Source: a virus (taxonomy: Duplodnaviria > Caudoviricetes). From it: DNA of 36,754 nt. The stretch is taken from IMG/VR virus record IMGVR_UViG_3300033067_000899, positions 1-36,754 of that record; one strand, given 5' to 3'. Position numbers and translations under genes: made by a program. The notes under the pieces are model-generated. The model saw only the letters and a program-made list of their open reading frames with translations. It searched no databases and was not told where the DNA came from. Each line of letters starts with the position of its first letter. Position 1 is the first letter of the stretch. Shown here piece after piece: positions 9,391 to 20,200 of the stretch.

Positions 9391-9830
9391 AAATAAATAT
9401 CGGATGCGGTCGTGACTACCGCAAAGGCTGGTACAACACTGATATCTCTACTGAAGTTAAGTGTGAACAACGCATGGATATCGGATATGAGTGTATTTCT
9501 TTGCAAGCTGAAGTAGCTGATGAGGTATATATCTCTGGAGTACTGGAGCAAATTGGTCCCAACGCGCAACTGGTCCACGCTATGAATGAGTGCTGGCGCT
9601 TACTAATTCCCGGCGGAAAGCTGGTTATTGTTGTACCTAACGCCAAGTACGCCATCGCTCATCGAGATCCTATGGATATTCGGAAGTTTACCCCTGATAC
9701 CTTCCGCTACTTCCTACAAGGTACGCAAGAGTACCGAGACTATGGCAGCGTATACGGCTTCCAGCCATGGTCCAGCCTAGATATTCAAGAGAACCAGCGC
9801 CACATCCTGACGGTAACAATGATAAAATGA
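9387..9830 (+). CDS. Class I SAM-dependent methyltransferase (type 11-like)
   Basis: INIGCG, NTD, VLEQ, ECWRLLIPGG, VVP and DP. Confidence 0.85.
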   Translation: MKINIGCGRDYRKGWYNTDISTEVKCEQRMDIGYECISLQAEVADEVYISGVLEQIGPNAQLVHAMNECWRLLIPGGKLVIVVPNAKYAIAHRDPMDIRKFTPDTFRYFLQGTQEYRDYGSVYGFQPWSSLDIQENQRHILTVTMIK

Positions 9831-10243
9831 GCGTACACTTTTCATCCAAGACTAACGAGTGGGCTACACCTCAAGACTTATTCGATAAGCTGAATAAGGA
9901 GTTTTTGTTTACCCTAGATCCTTGCGCCACTCCAGAAAATGCTAAGTGTGCTAAGTTTTATACCGCTGAGGATGATGGCTTGGTCCAGTCTTGGGATAAC
10001 GAGCGTGTATTCTGTAACCCACCATACGGCCGACAAATCAAAGAGTGGGTAAAGAAGGCAAGTGAAGCAACGGGGGGGGTTGTCGTTTTATTGATTCCGG
10101 CGCGAACCGATACCAGCTACTTCCACGATTATATCTACCGATCTGGCGCTCAGATTCGTTTTATACGTGGGCGCTTAAAGTTTGGCGATGCCAAGAACTC
10201 CGCGCCGTTTCCCTCAATGGTGGTTATTTTTAATGGTATATGA
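9827..10243 (+). CDS. Phage DNA N6-adenine methyltransferase (Dam-like phage family)
   Basis: EWATPQ, LDPCA, FCNPPY, LIPARTDT, GRLKF and APFPS. Confidence 0.92.
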   Translation: MSVHFSSKTNEWATPQDLFDKLNKEFLFTLDPCATPENAKCAKFYTAEDDGLVQSWDNERVFCNPPYGRQIKEWVKKASEATGGVVVLLIPARTDTSYFHDYIYRSGAQIRFIRGRLKFGDAKNSAPFPSMVVIFNGI

Positions 10244-10590
10244 AACTAATTATTCGCACCCCATACGTATCCACCAATGCGCTCTACACCACCAGTAGAA
10301 CCACTGGCAAGCGTATCCTCACTAGCAAAGCTCGAGTATCCAAGGAAGCTATAGCCTGGGAAGCGAAGTCTGAGATGAAAGGCCAGAAGATGTACACTGG
10401 TCCTATTCGAGTGGAGCTATATCTATTCTTCCCTACTAAGCAGCGCCGTGACCTCGATAACGTGAAGGCTCTCATCGATGCTATGACCGGCGTATGCTGG
10501 AATGATGATTCGCAAATCTACGAGCTAGTCATCCGGAAGTACCACGATAAAGACGATCCTCGAGTGGAGGTAATTATTCAAAGGATATGA
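10240..10590 (+). CDS. rusA: RusA-family Holliday junction resolvase
   Basis: RRDLDNVKALIDAM...DDSQI catalytic Asp motifs. Confidence 0.88.
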   Translation: MKLIIRTPYVSTNALYTTSRTTGKRILTSKARVSKEAIAWEAKSEMKGQKMYTGPIRVELYLFFPTKQRRDLDNVKALIDAMTGVCWNDDSQIYELVIRKYHDKDDPRVEVIIQRI

Positions 10591-11057
10591 AAAAAATACT
10601 AGATGCTTGTTGTGGTGGCCGCATGTTTTGGTTTGATAAGAATCAGCCTGATACTTTGTTTGTAGATAATAGGGTAGTAGAACCAATTAAGCTTTCAAAT
10701 AGGGCTACTTTTAAAGTACGGCCAGATGAGGTGATGGACTTCCGCAACCTAAATCTGCCAGATGAAAGCTTTTATATGGTGGTATTTGACCCACCACACA
10801 TGGCTCGAGCCGGCGATAAATCTTTCCTAGCCAATAAGTACGGATACCTCAATAAAGAAACGTGGCAAGAGGATCTTCGCAAAGGATTCTCAGAGTGCTG
10901 GCGTGTACTGAAGCCAAACGGCACTTTGATATTTAAGTGGAATGAAGCGCATATATCTCTTAAAGAGGTACTTGAGCTTGCGCCGGCGCAACCAATGTTT
11001 GGCCAAAGAGGTGGTAGAACGTATAAGACTCACTTCGTAGTATTCATGAAAGTATGA
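10587..11057 (+). CDS. SAM-dependent (probably DNA amino-) methyltransferase
   Basis: ILDACCGGRMFWFDK, VVFDPPH and RVLKPNGTLIFKW. Confidence 0.85.
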   Translation: MKKILDACCGGRMFWFDKNQPDTLFVDNRVVEPIKLSNRATFKVRPDEVMDFRNLNLPDESFYMVVFDPPHMARAGDKSFLANKYGYLNKETWQEDLRKGFSECWRVLKPNGTLIFKWNEAHISLKEVLELAPAQPMFGQRGGRTYKTHFVVFMKV

Positions 11058-12019
11058 GACCAAACCGAGTAGCAATAGTGGGAGCAGACTGGCCAGACTA
11101 CGAGAAGTACTGCCCTAACTTCGTGGGTATGCAGCTTGGCCTAGCTGAAATGGGAATCGAACACCAGCTTTTTAGTTGCCGGCCAGTACTCAACGTAGAA
11201 GCTCTAATCGCCTACCAGCCGGACTTTATAGTCTATGGGCTAATTGATATGGTGAAGACCCACAAAACACGCCTAGTCATCAGAAATGCGCTTCCTAGCG
11301 CTAAGATTGTGATGTGGTACGGAGACTTAAGGAATGAAGAAACTGGCCAGATATTCGCCGACATGAGCGAGATCGATGCGATGTTCGTATCCAATGCAGC
11401 TCAGAATGAGTACTACCAGAATAAGTGGAAAGTACCTGAGTGTCACTTCCTACCGCTAGGCTCGCCCTTGTATAGTCCAGTATACAAGAGTAAGTACGAC
11501 CTAGATTTTATCTTTGTTGGAGCCACAATAACTGGCAAAGGCTTTTTAGATAGAGCGAGAATCATGATAGCGCTCAAGGAGAAGGGACTGAAAGTGATCG
11601 ATGCGCCGGCTCAGACTAAGCCAAAGCTTCGCGCTACTATCCTTAAGGAGTTACCTAACCTCTACTACAGCGCCAAGATATCCCTCGACTGGTCCCACTT
11701 CACTGAGATTCAAGGCTATACCAGTAACCGCTTCTGGATTATCACTGGCTCCGGCGGCTTTGCTCTTACTAAGCGCTGGCCTGGATGTACTGACTTCTAC
11801 CCGGAAGGAACTCGTGCGTACTTTGATACACCTGAAGAAGCCCTGGAGCTACGAGATTACTACCTCACGCACCCGGAAGAGCGCGAGAAAATCCGCCAGG
11901 CTGGTTATGCACACGCTATCCACCACACATACAGCAATCGGTTTGCTACCATGTTTGATATAATTTATGGCAAGGGAACGAAAGACAGACTATCAATCGA
12001 AGGGCTACAAGCACCGTGA
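11054..12019 (+). CDS. CgeB-like GT-B glycosyltransferase
   Basis: WYGD, FVG, SAKISL, SNRFW and EEREKIRQAG...HTYSNR C-terminal pattern. Confidence 0.8.
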   Translation: MRPNRVAIVGADWPDYEKYCPNFVGMQLGLAEMGIEHQLFSCRPVLNVEALIAYQPDFIVYGLIDMVKTHKTRLVIRNALPSAKIVMWYGDLRNEETGQIFADMSEIDAMFVSNAAQNEYYQNKWKVPECHFLPLGSPLYSPVYKSKYDLDFIFVGATITGKGFLDRARIMIALKEKGLKVIDAPAQTKPKLRATILKELPNLYYSAKISLDWSHFTEIQGYTSNRFWIITGSGGFALTKRWPGCTDFYPEGTRAYFDTPEEALELRDYYLTHPEEREKIRQAGYAHAIHHTYSNRFATMFDIIYGKGTKDRLSIEGLQAP

Positions 12020-12143
12020 ACATCGCTCTAAAAAGGGTCGGGATTCTGACTTTAAAGAGAAACGGAAACATCGTATACGGAAGAGAGATCAGCAAGAGTA
12101 TGTAGACAAAATGAAAAGGAAGTTTAATAAATTTAGAATTTAA
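11967..12143 (+). CDS. 58-aa highly basic protein (not in the ORF track)
   Basis: MARERKTDYQSKGYKHREHRSKKGR...; ends 2 nt before the next ATG. Confidence 0.5.
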   Translation: MARERKTDYQSKGYKHREHRSKKGRDSDFKEKRKHRIRKRDQQEYVDKMKRKFNKFRI

Positions 12144-12145
12144 AT

Positions 12146-12844
12146 ATGCGACAATTAGTTATAGGTTTAGGGGAAGTGGGTAGTGCTATTCAGTCCATCC
12201 TTCAGTGTGATGGGTATGATGTAAAGAGCGAGCTACCACCTGATAGCCAGTACAACGTCTTGCATATTTGCTATCCCTACTCCGAAGGCTTTGTTGGCTA
12301 TACCAAGGCGTATATTCAAGAATTCCGCCCTAGCCTAGTCATCGTACATTCAAGCGTACCAGTAGGCACTTGTGATGCTGAAGGCTGGATACACTCTCCG
12401 GTCCGTGGCGTACATCCAAATCTTGAGAAGGGAATCAGAACCTTCGTGAAGTACTTTGGTGGTAAAGGATCCTATGAAGCTGCTGAGCCATTTCGCGCTC
12501 TTGGTATTATCTGTACTTGTGTGATTAAGGCCAGAAGCACTGAAGCTCTGAAGCTTTGGGATACCACTCAGTACGGCTTAATGATCATGATCCAAAAGGA
12601 AATTTATCGATACTGTGAAGCCCAGGGACTAGATCCTGAGATCGTCTACACTGATGCGAATCATACTTACGCTATTGGCTACGAAGCTTTAGGACGCCCG
12701 GAAGTAGCACGACCATATCTTAAACACATGCCTGGTCCTATTGGCGGTCATTGTGTTATTCCAAACGCGCACCTTCTATTTCCTACTGAACTCGCTCAAA
12801 TATTGATTGACTACAACGAGGATCTAAAGAATACGCAGGGCTAG
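12146..12844 (+). CDS. UDP-glucose/GDP-mannose 6-dehydrogenase family protein (short form)
   Basis: IGLGEVG Rossmann motif, HSSVPVGT, HSP, EALKL and GGHCV catalytic Cys. Confidence 0.85.
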   Translation: MRQLVIGLGEVGSAIQSILQCDGYDVKSELPPDSQYNVLHICYPYSEGFVGYTKAYIQEFRPSLVIVHSSVPVGTCDAEGWIHSPVRGVHPNLEKGIRTFVKYFGGKGSYEAAEPFRALGIICTCVIKARSTEALKLWDTTQYGLMIMIQKEIYRYCEAQGLDPEIVYTDANHTYAIGYEALGRPEVARPYLKHMPGPIGGHCVIPNAHLLFPTELAQILIDYNEDLKNTQG

Positions 12845-12846
12845 TG

Positions 12847-12876
12847 TAGACCAAAACAACTGCTTCAGCATATACT
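12847..12876 (+). promoter_or_regulatory. GACCA-class promoter (TAGACC-18-TATACT), leaderless
   Basis: -10 ends 7 nt before ATG 12884; motif recurs 8 times in the window. Confidence 0.7.
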
Positions 12877-12883
12877 TGGGTAT

Positions 12884-13624
12884 ATGGTATTCAATGGCGA
12901 TGCAAACAACATGGACATCTGCACACTGGCAGATTTACCCAATAAATCCAACGATACTTCTTTTCCTTTATGGAAGAAAGCGATGTATGCCAACATGGGA
13001 ATGAGGGCTATCTTTCGTGAGATCTACCAGATGTATGGTGGCTGGACTCTTCAGGATTCAAATGTATCGGGTGAAGATCAAGTGACTACAAACCTACTTA
13101 ATACTGGCGCTCGTTTCTATGCTTTTGCTACCGTACAGTGGCTCGCTGGCGTGGAATTTGAAGATGAGAATGGTAATAAAACCCCTCTCAAGCCAATTAC
13201 ATTAGAGCAAATCCGTGAACGTGGCTACGCCGAAGCTGAATTTATGGAGACTCCTGGTACTCCTGAGTACTACCGACCTGTTAAAAATGGCGTGATGATC
13301 TATCCAGCCTGGTACACCACTAAGGCAGCGGTTACTAACGGTCTTATTGCTAAAATAGGCGCTCAAGATATCGCTCCTTTCACTCCTTCATCTACCACTA
13401 CTCAACCTGGCTACGATTCACTAGCTGGCCATGAAGTAGTAGCTGATTTTATGTCTATGAAATTTAGTGACGAAAACGATAGCTCAAACTTCCCTAAGCG
13501 TGAGCTAGCTTGGCAACGTGGTGTAGGCGCTATCAAGGCCCACTACAAGCGCAAATTTATGGAACTTAAAACCGCCATTCGCAAAAACCCAGTAGGTAAT
13601 GGTTACGCTAATCACATGGTTTAA
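12884..13624 (+). CDS. Putative head-tail adaptor protein
   Basis: First gene of the tail module; GTPEYY...IYP pattern seen in podovirus adaptor/ring proteins. Confidence 0.6.
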   Translation: MVFNGDANNMDICTLADLPNKSNDTSFPLWKKAMYANMGMRAIFREIYQMYGGWTLQDSNVSGEDQVTTNLLNTGARFYAFATVQWLAGVEFEDENGNKTPLKPITLEQIRERGYAEAEFMETPGTPEYYRPVKNGVMIYPAWYTTKAAVTNGLIAKIGAQDIAPFTPSSTTTQPGYDSLAGHEVVADFMSMKFSDENDSSNFPKRELAWQRGVGAIKAHYKRKFMELKTAIRKNPVGNGYANHMV

Positions 13625-13626
13625 AT

Positions 13627-13833
13627 ATGAATCCAGAACAACAAGCACAATTTGCTCAAATGCAACAAACTATCAATGAAATGAATGCTTTTATTAGTAA
13701 TGTATTTAACTCAGATGGCACGCTAAAGAATCCTCAATTAGTAATTGAAGCCAATGATAGTGTGACTACCCCTGCCGGTACGATTCGTATTCAAACTAAT
13801 CTTGGTCCACGTAACGTGCTTGTAGCAGCATAA
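13627..13833 (+). CDS. Small virion-associated hypothetical protein
   Basis: Short coiled coil plus beta C-terminus, within the tail module. Confidence 0.6.
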   Translation: MNPEQQAQFAQMQQTINEMNAFISNVFNSDGTLKNPQLVIEANDSVTTPAGTIRIQTNLGPRNVLVAA

Positions 13834-13838
13834 TAATT

Positions 13839-15914
13839 ATGTTTATACCTCAGAAAGAAAATAAGCGATACAGTGTCAATCTTGCGACTGACCTTTTTGG
13901 TAATATCTCTCAGGCGCGTAACCTAGATTTTAATCGCCCAGGCTATCTTTCTTTGGCTCGTAAACCATACGCACTCTATAGCGAGACTGAAGATGTTGAC
14001 TTTGAAACGCCATTAGCTATTTTGAGTGACGATGATTTTTACTATGTAGTGACCTCTGAGGACACATTTTCGATAGATTTGTCAACCTCTGATATTACAG
14101 TATCTAAACTTGTTACTGGCACACCACCTACAAATAGTTTTCAATCTGATGGTACATTCTTTAATGGAGAACTACACGTATCTGGTACGACTACTGTAAA
14201 CAGCTTGGCTGCTGGCACTTGGGCATCTGACATCACTGGACTCTCAAGCTCATATCCCCACCCACTTTGTGTCTCTGAACACCAGCAATATCTAGCGGTA
14301 GGAAATGGTAATACAGTCCGTCTATACAGTACTGCCTATGCTTTAATTACTACTCTCACAATCCCATCAGATCATGTAGTTACCTGGATTCGCTGGCGAG
14401 CTAACCTTCTTTGGATCGGCACACGTAATATCCAAGGGGGAGATGGTAAGGTATTTCTCTGGAATGGATCTGGTACGGCGGCTCAAGCTGGCTATGGAGT
14501 AGGTGGCGAATGGGCTTTCTCGGGCTGTGTATACGAAGTGGAGAGTACTATTGTGGTAGTTAGCTCATCTGGCCAGCTACTTAAGTTTGGTGGATCTGGC
14601 TTTATTCCTATGCGTGATGATGCTGGAAATGAGATGAGCTTTCCAGTGTACTATTTGGGTGTACCTTGGGGATCTAGCTCGGTTACCTCAAACCTTCTCG
14701 GGAAAGTAGCAAGTCGTGGCATGGAAGCTAAAGGCCGCCGTATCTACCTTAACGTTGATAGCACTATTGATTTTACTAATGGTGGAACACCTGAGTATCT
14801 TCCGACTTTCCCTGGCGGTTTATGGATCTTTGATCCTAAAGTAGGACTTTATCATCGCGCTGGTAACGACCATAAAAAATACTCAGATGTAACTTTTAGT
14901 AGTCTAGCCAGTGACGTGCTCACGATGTCAACAGCTCAGGTGTATGAAACCGGAGATCCAGTACAAATTACAGCGGTAGGATTATTAACTGGAGATATTG
15001 ACACTATTATCTATTACGCAATTAAAGTAAGTAGTACTCAAATTAAGCTTGCTTTGACACCTCAACAAGCTCTAGCCGGGCAAAACATTACTATTACAGG
15101 ATCAATTCTTTCAGCCAAAATGGTAATGAATACCTATCAATCTGTAGGGGCTCATAAAACTGTAAGGACTGGAGGAGTTTGTGTAGTCAAAGCCGCTGGT
15201 ATACCACGCTTTTCTGGAATAGAAGTGATGTATGCGTCTGAAGTTCGTCTACCAACTGACACAGTTATTGGAGTGGTGATGTCACTTGGCATGGGTAAAA
15301 ACGTGGGTAGTTTTGTTACTTCGAGGATTCAGGCTAGCGCTATCAAGGATACCTTTTCTCAATTTGTTTCTAAGTTTGGAGATTTAAATATCCCCACACG
15401 TAAAATCATTGTTAAATACCGAACTAAGAAACGCTGGGGACTTCCTGGTAGGCGTGACATGAGGGGTGGTCGCGGTACTTGGGTGACTTCCACAACTTTT
15501 ACAGTCAATCCTAAGACCTATGACGTATATTCGGTCCAAACAGGTGATGAAGTTGAATTTTTAAATGGTGGAGCTTCGGGTTACACAGCTCATATTACAA
15601 ACATTGCTGTAGATAGTGCTACGCAATGGACTTTCACTATTGATGAAGCTATGCCTGACGTGACCGCTGCCGATACTTCTAAAATTCTTTTCCAGAACTG
15701 GACTAAATTTCTAGTTATCTCAAGTAGTGAAGATGCAATTGCAGCCGCTGAAGGCATTAAGAAAGCTGCTTTGGATGGGGAAGATGACGATGCTAAAAAT
15801 AAAGCTAAGTGGATTGAACTTAAATTTGAACTACGTGGCTACACTGATATCGAAGAGACTATGGACTTCGAAGAAGTTATGCTCGGCAATACACCTGACC
15901 AAAATTACAGTTAG
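13839..15914 (+). CDS. Putative tail nozzle/stabilisation protein (beta-propeller)
   Basis: 691 aa, beta-rich with propeller-like repeats; position matches P22 gp10 / T7 gp12. Confidence 0.6.
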   Translation: MFIPQKENKRYSVNLATDLFGNISQARNLDFNRPGYLSLARKPYALYSETEDVDFETPLAILSDDDFYYVVTSEDTFSIDLSTSDITVSKLVTGTPPTNSFQSDGTFFNGELHVSGTTTVNSLAAGTWASDITGLSSSYPHPLCVSEHQQYLAVGNGNTVRLYSTAYALITTLTIPSDHVVTWIRWRANLLWIGTRNIQGGDGKVFLWNGSGTAAQAGYGVGGEWAFSGCVYEVESTIVVVSSSGQLLKFGGSGFIPMRDDAGNEMSFPVYYLGVPWGSSSVTSNLLGKVASRGMEAKGRRIYLNVDSTIDFTNGGTPEYLPTFPGGLWIFDPKVGLYHRAGNDHKKYSDVTFSSLASDVLTMSTAQVYETGDPVQITAVGLLTGDIDTIIYYAIKVSSTQIKLALTPQQALAGQNITITGSILSAKMVMNTYQSVGAHKTVRTGGVCVVKAAGIPRFSGIEVMYASEVRLPTDTVIGVVMSLGMGKNVGSFVTSRIQASAIKDTFSQFVSKFGDLNIPTRKIIVKYRTKKRWGLPGRRDMRGGRGTWVTSTTFTVNPKTYDVYSVQTGDEVEFLNGGASGYTAHITNIAVDSATQWTFTIDEAMPDVTAADTSKILFQNWTKFLVISSSEDAIAAAEGIKKAALDGEDDDAKNKAKWIELKFELRGYTDIEETMDFEEVMLGNTPDQNYS

Positions 15915-15923
15915 GGTTAATAT
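15895..15923 (+). promoter_or_regulatory. GACCA-class promoter (CTGACC-17-TAATAT), leaderless
   Basis: -10 ends 6 nt before ATG 15930. Confidence 0.55.
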
Positions 15924-15929
15924 CTTTCT

Positions 15930-17282
15930 ATGGCAGAACAACTATACACAGTCAAACCAGGAGACACGCTATCTAAGGTGGCTTCACAATATGGCGTAAA
16001 CGTAAGCGATATCACAGGATACGCTTCCGGAGATCCTAACAAAATTGGCGTAGGTGAAAACCTGAAAGTGATGACACGTGACATCCCTCCAGTTAATACT
16101 GTAGCCGCTACTGACCTTGGCCAAAAGCCTTTAGTCACTCCACCAGTCACTCCAACTACCGGCTACGCTGGCCTTATTGCGAGTACCAATGCGGCAATCA
16201 CCAACCTCCAGCCTGATGTAGATAAAGGAAAGGCTGATATCAAATCTAAATACGACCGACTTGGCGCTCTTCCTGGAGAGAAAGCTGATGCGTACAAGGA
16301 TGAGAAGGTGTACGAAAAGCAGGGAATCTATAACAAGATGGTTAATACTATCAATCAAAAAGAGCTTGGCTATAACACTCGTATTGATAAAATCCGTAAC
16401 GAAAATCCAACCGGCCAACTGACTGAAGGCCAGACTATTGCTATAGATAAACTTTCAAAGGACTGGGCGATTGAAAAGGCTGCTCTTAGTATTTCTGCCG
16501 CCTTTGCTAAGGATGACTACACTCTAGCTAAAACTATCGTGGATGACCGTATCGCTGCTGAAACTGAGGGGCTGCAAAACGAGCTTGAGGGCTTAAAGTA
16601 CTTCTATAGTGAAAACGCTGGCAACTTATCTGACGAAAAGAAGAACCTACTCCAATACCAAATCAAAACCATCGAGGATGAGAAGGCTGAGAAGGAACGT
16701 GTCCTCACTGAAATCGGCGCTATTCAACTTGCGGCCGCTGAGAATGGCGCTCCGGCTGATGTCGTTATGGCCATCGGTAAAGCTACTGACCTTACCAGTG
16801 CAATCACTGGCGCTGGATCCTGGATCGACCAGACTATCGACCGTGATGGAAGTGGTAGTGGCTCTAGTACTATCGACCTTGCTCCGGAAGACGAACGTAC
16901 TCTAGTAGGCGCTGGTTACTCTACTCAAGATATTAAAGATATCAAAAAAGCCGTAGCTCAATTTGGTTTCCAAGCGGTCCTCGATGCTGAGACTGATCCA
17001 AAGAAGCAAGCTGCTATCCGAAAGGTATATGGTGTGGAAGAACCTGAGCGTATTAAGCGTGCTGATATTGAAGCTGTAAAGCAATCTGATGCGGTTAAAT
17101 GGCTAGAAGATAACTACGATGAAGAAGAACTGATACAACTCGCTCGAGATAAAGGTTTTGCTAGATGGTATAGAGGTGGTAGTGGAGAAAAAAAGCAATT
17201 CCTAAAATCCGAAGCAGCTCGAAAGGTATACATCGAAGCTATGGTGAAGAAGGCTACAGATGCAGGGTGGATAGTCGAATAA
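15930..17282 (+). CDS. LysM-domain putative ejection (internal virion) protein
   Basis: N-terminal YTVKPGDTLSKVASQYGV...NKIGVGENL LysM domain followed by a long helical region. Confidence 0.75.
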   Translation: MAEQLYTVKPGDTLSKVASQYGVNVSDITGYASGDPNKIGVGENLKVMTRDIPPVNTVAATDLGQKPLVTPPVTPTTGYAGLIASTNAAITNLQPDVDKGKADIKSKYDRLGALPGEKADAYKDEKVYEKQGIYNKMVNTINQKELGYNTRIDKIRNENPTGQLTEGQTIAIDKLSKDWAIEKAALSISAAFAKDDYTLAKTIVDDRIAAETEGLQNELEGLKYFYSENAGNLSDEKKNLLQYQIKTIEDEKAEKERVLTEIGAIQLAAAENGAPADVVMAIGKATDLTSAITGAGSWIDQTIDRDGSGSGSSTIDLAPEDERTLVGAGYSTQDIKDIKKAVAQFGFQAVLDAETDPKKQAAIRKVYGVEEPERIKRADIEAVKQSDAVKWLEDNYDEEELIQLARDKGFARWYRGGSGEKKQFLKSEAARKVYIEAMVKKATDAGWIVE

Positions 17283-17289
17283 TAAAACC

Positions 17290-20200
17290 ATGGGTACTCT
17301 CTACGATACAATCAGACAAAAACAAGAAGCAGCAAAGCGAGTACCCCCAATCTCGCCTATTGTTGGTGGCAAATATACTCCCCTTTCAATACAGGCCCTA
17401 CAAGCGCCCAGAATCTCCCAGGCTCAAGCTAATGCTGAAAAGTTAAGTAGTGACATGAGTCGCGGTGTATCACTCACCCAAGGCACTCCAGACCCTATTC
17501 AAGCGCGAAGACAGTCTCTCAGTGGTATTCCAGTCATCGGTAAATTCCTCACTGGTACTGGTCCGCAAGGTCCATCCAATAGCCTATACGAGCCAGGATC
17601 ACTCCCTCAGTCTCTAGTCGAGAAGGGTATTGTCGGCTTTTTGCTTGAGGGTTTTCAGAAGAAGGTAGCGCCTACACGCGCTGAGGTAGGTGAACAAATC
17701 TTCACACGCTACGATAAGCTGGCTGATGTAGAACCAGACGAAGGCCGCCGGCTCGAGCTGGCTATTCAGGATGTGATATCACAGTCACCCGGCCAAACTA
17801 AGAACATCACTGATCTAAAAGAGCCTGGTATCAACCTCTCAGAAAAAGAGAAGGATGCTTTGTTTTGGACTAACGTACTCGAGGATACTTTTGCGGTACT
17901 AGATGCGCCGGTATTTGTAGGTAGTACCAAAATCCCTAAGAACGCCCTCCTTGAATTTTTAAAGAAGACTGACAACATAGATGATATTGTCCCTCGACTA
18001 CGCATGATTGGCGTAGGGGAAGATGTAGCCAATGAGGTAGCACCTAAGATAGCCAAGAGTACCAATGAAATTCAAATTGCACGCTTACTCGAGGATGCTA
18101 AGAAGGCTGTACCAGAATCAACTAAGCCTTCCCTCTTTGCTCGTATCCAAGAAAAGGTAGCCACTAAGCTCACTCCTGGAAAGACCAATCGTTTTGAAGA
18201 GGTAGCAACGGCATCGAAGGCAGTAGATGAAACCCCTAAGACAGTGGTGAAGAGGACTGACGAAGTAACTGAAGGCGCAAGCGAACGCTTTTTCCGGTCG
18301 GTACAGGGTGGTAGTAAGTTTGATGAACTGGCCGCTGATGATGTGGTCCCAGCTTTTATACGTGAAGACCTAGATACCTACGTGGCTAAGCAAGGTGATG
18401 AGTACGTGGTGATTGAAGGGAAGACAGGACAGCAACTAGGCGAGCCGGGTAAAAATGTAGCGCAAGCGGTCCAGCGTGCTAAGGAAGAGGTGGAAGCGAT
18501 GGGGAATGAGCGCCTAACTCAATTCCTCACTAGCTCTCCGTTATCACCACGTTATACACAAGTAGTAGAAAAAGCACCAGTAATAAAGCCTAAACTGCCA
18601 ATCCGTAATCTACCAAAGGGGATAATCACAGCCGACCAGCTTCGATTGACTGATAAAGCTGCTGCTAGAAGGCTTGCAAAGCTTGAGCGCATGGCTGAGA
18701 CTGCTCCGACTGTTGATAAATTTGTGGATAATTCTGGTATCACTCGAGAATCCATGGAAGCCACTGTGAAAAAGCAGGGGTATAAAGATGTGGATGAATT
18801 CTATCGAGTAAATAAGGCTGAGCCAATGGGTAAAACCGAGATGGCTTCACGCGCTAAGGGTGGTGAACCGGATGAAAGAGTTGTACCAAATGAAGAGCAA
18901 TCCTACTCTTTAATGGCTGAGCAATACGAAGGCGATTCTTTCGTGATGAATATCAAGAAAGAAGAAGCCGAAAACGTGGCCGATAACCTCCGCGCTGTCT
19001 TCGCTGACCTTAAAGGAATCGACCTCAAGGATCCAAAGCTTAAGTTTACGGAACAAGACCTAGAGCAAACCCAGCTTCAGTATGAATTCATCATGGATGC
19101 GCTGATGGATGATCCAGCTCGCTCTCTAGTGAAGTACGTATCTAAAACCACTGGCCGCCTACCTGAAGTGACTGGTAAAAATACCATGATGGATCTTAGA
19201 GCCGGCAAGAAGGAGGTCCGCAATAGTGAGTTTGGAAGGCGCGGTGATGAGATACTTCAGGAAATCTTTGGCTACGAGCGCCAGATGACCAGCTCAGAAG
19301 CTCAAGAGTTAGTAGACTCATACATCAAACGCCGAAACGATGCTCGAGAAATCTTTGAAAACCTTAAGCAAATCCGCAATAGTATCCGCCTATCAAAGCA
19401 GATGGATACCTTCGTGGGAGTGAATCAAAAGAAGCTAGCTACCGAACTTCAGAAGAACCGTACTGCCCTATCTAAACTAGTCGAAGCTGCTGAACGTGCT
19501 GGCTTTAAAAAGGGAATCGAGAAGGGCAACCGCCAGTATGAAATCTTAGTAGAGAAGCTTCGCTCTCGCCGCAACACTCTAGGCGGAATCAAGTGGCGCT
19601 ACAGTCTCTCTGATGCTGAGATGCGTAAGGCTCAAGACTTTGCTCGCAAAGAGATGAATGACCTCGCTATCCCAGATGACCCACGCTTTATGACTAAGGC
19701 GGAATTCACTGAATACACCACCAAGATGGAAGAGTACGCCGCTGATGCTGAAGCTCGCCGAGTGGAGCGCGGTATCGTAAAGACCATCATCGAGCAAAAG
19801 GATCTAAAGAATACTGAGAACCTTCGTGAAGTGATGGGCTTACCTACCCTCTCTGAGATGAGTCTTGAACAGCTTGGCCGGTATGAGAAGGTCCTCAATA
19901 CCTTCCGCGATGGTGATGAATTCCTATCAAAGCGTACCCTCGAGGTAATCGATCGTACTGCCCTGAAGGGCGCTCGCACTGTCCGCCAAACCCAAGAGTA
20001 TCTAGCGCAAGAAATTAAGCGCGTGCTTGGTCGTGACGTAGCGCCTGAAAAGCTACAGAACCTCACGGCTGGCGCAAGTGACTATTTGCGATGGGATACC
20101 TCTCTCGCTGAATCTAAGCCCTTCTACGGCTTCCTAGTGAACCGAGCGCAGAAGCACATCATGGAAGGGGAATCGAACTTCCTCCGGATCCAGGAGCGTA

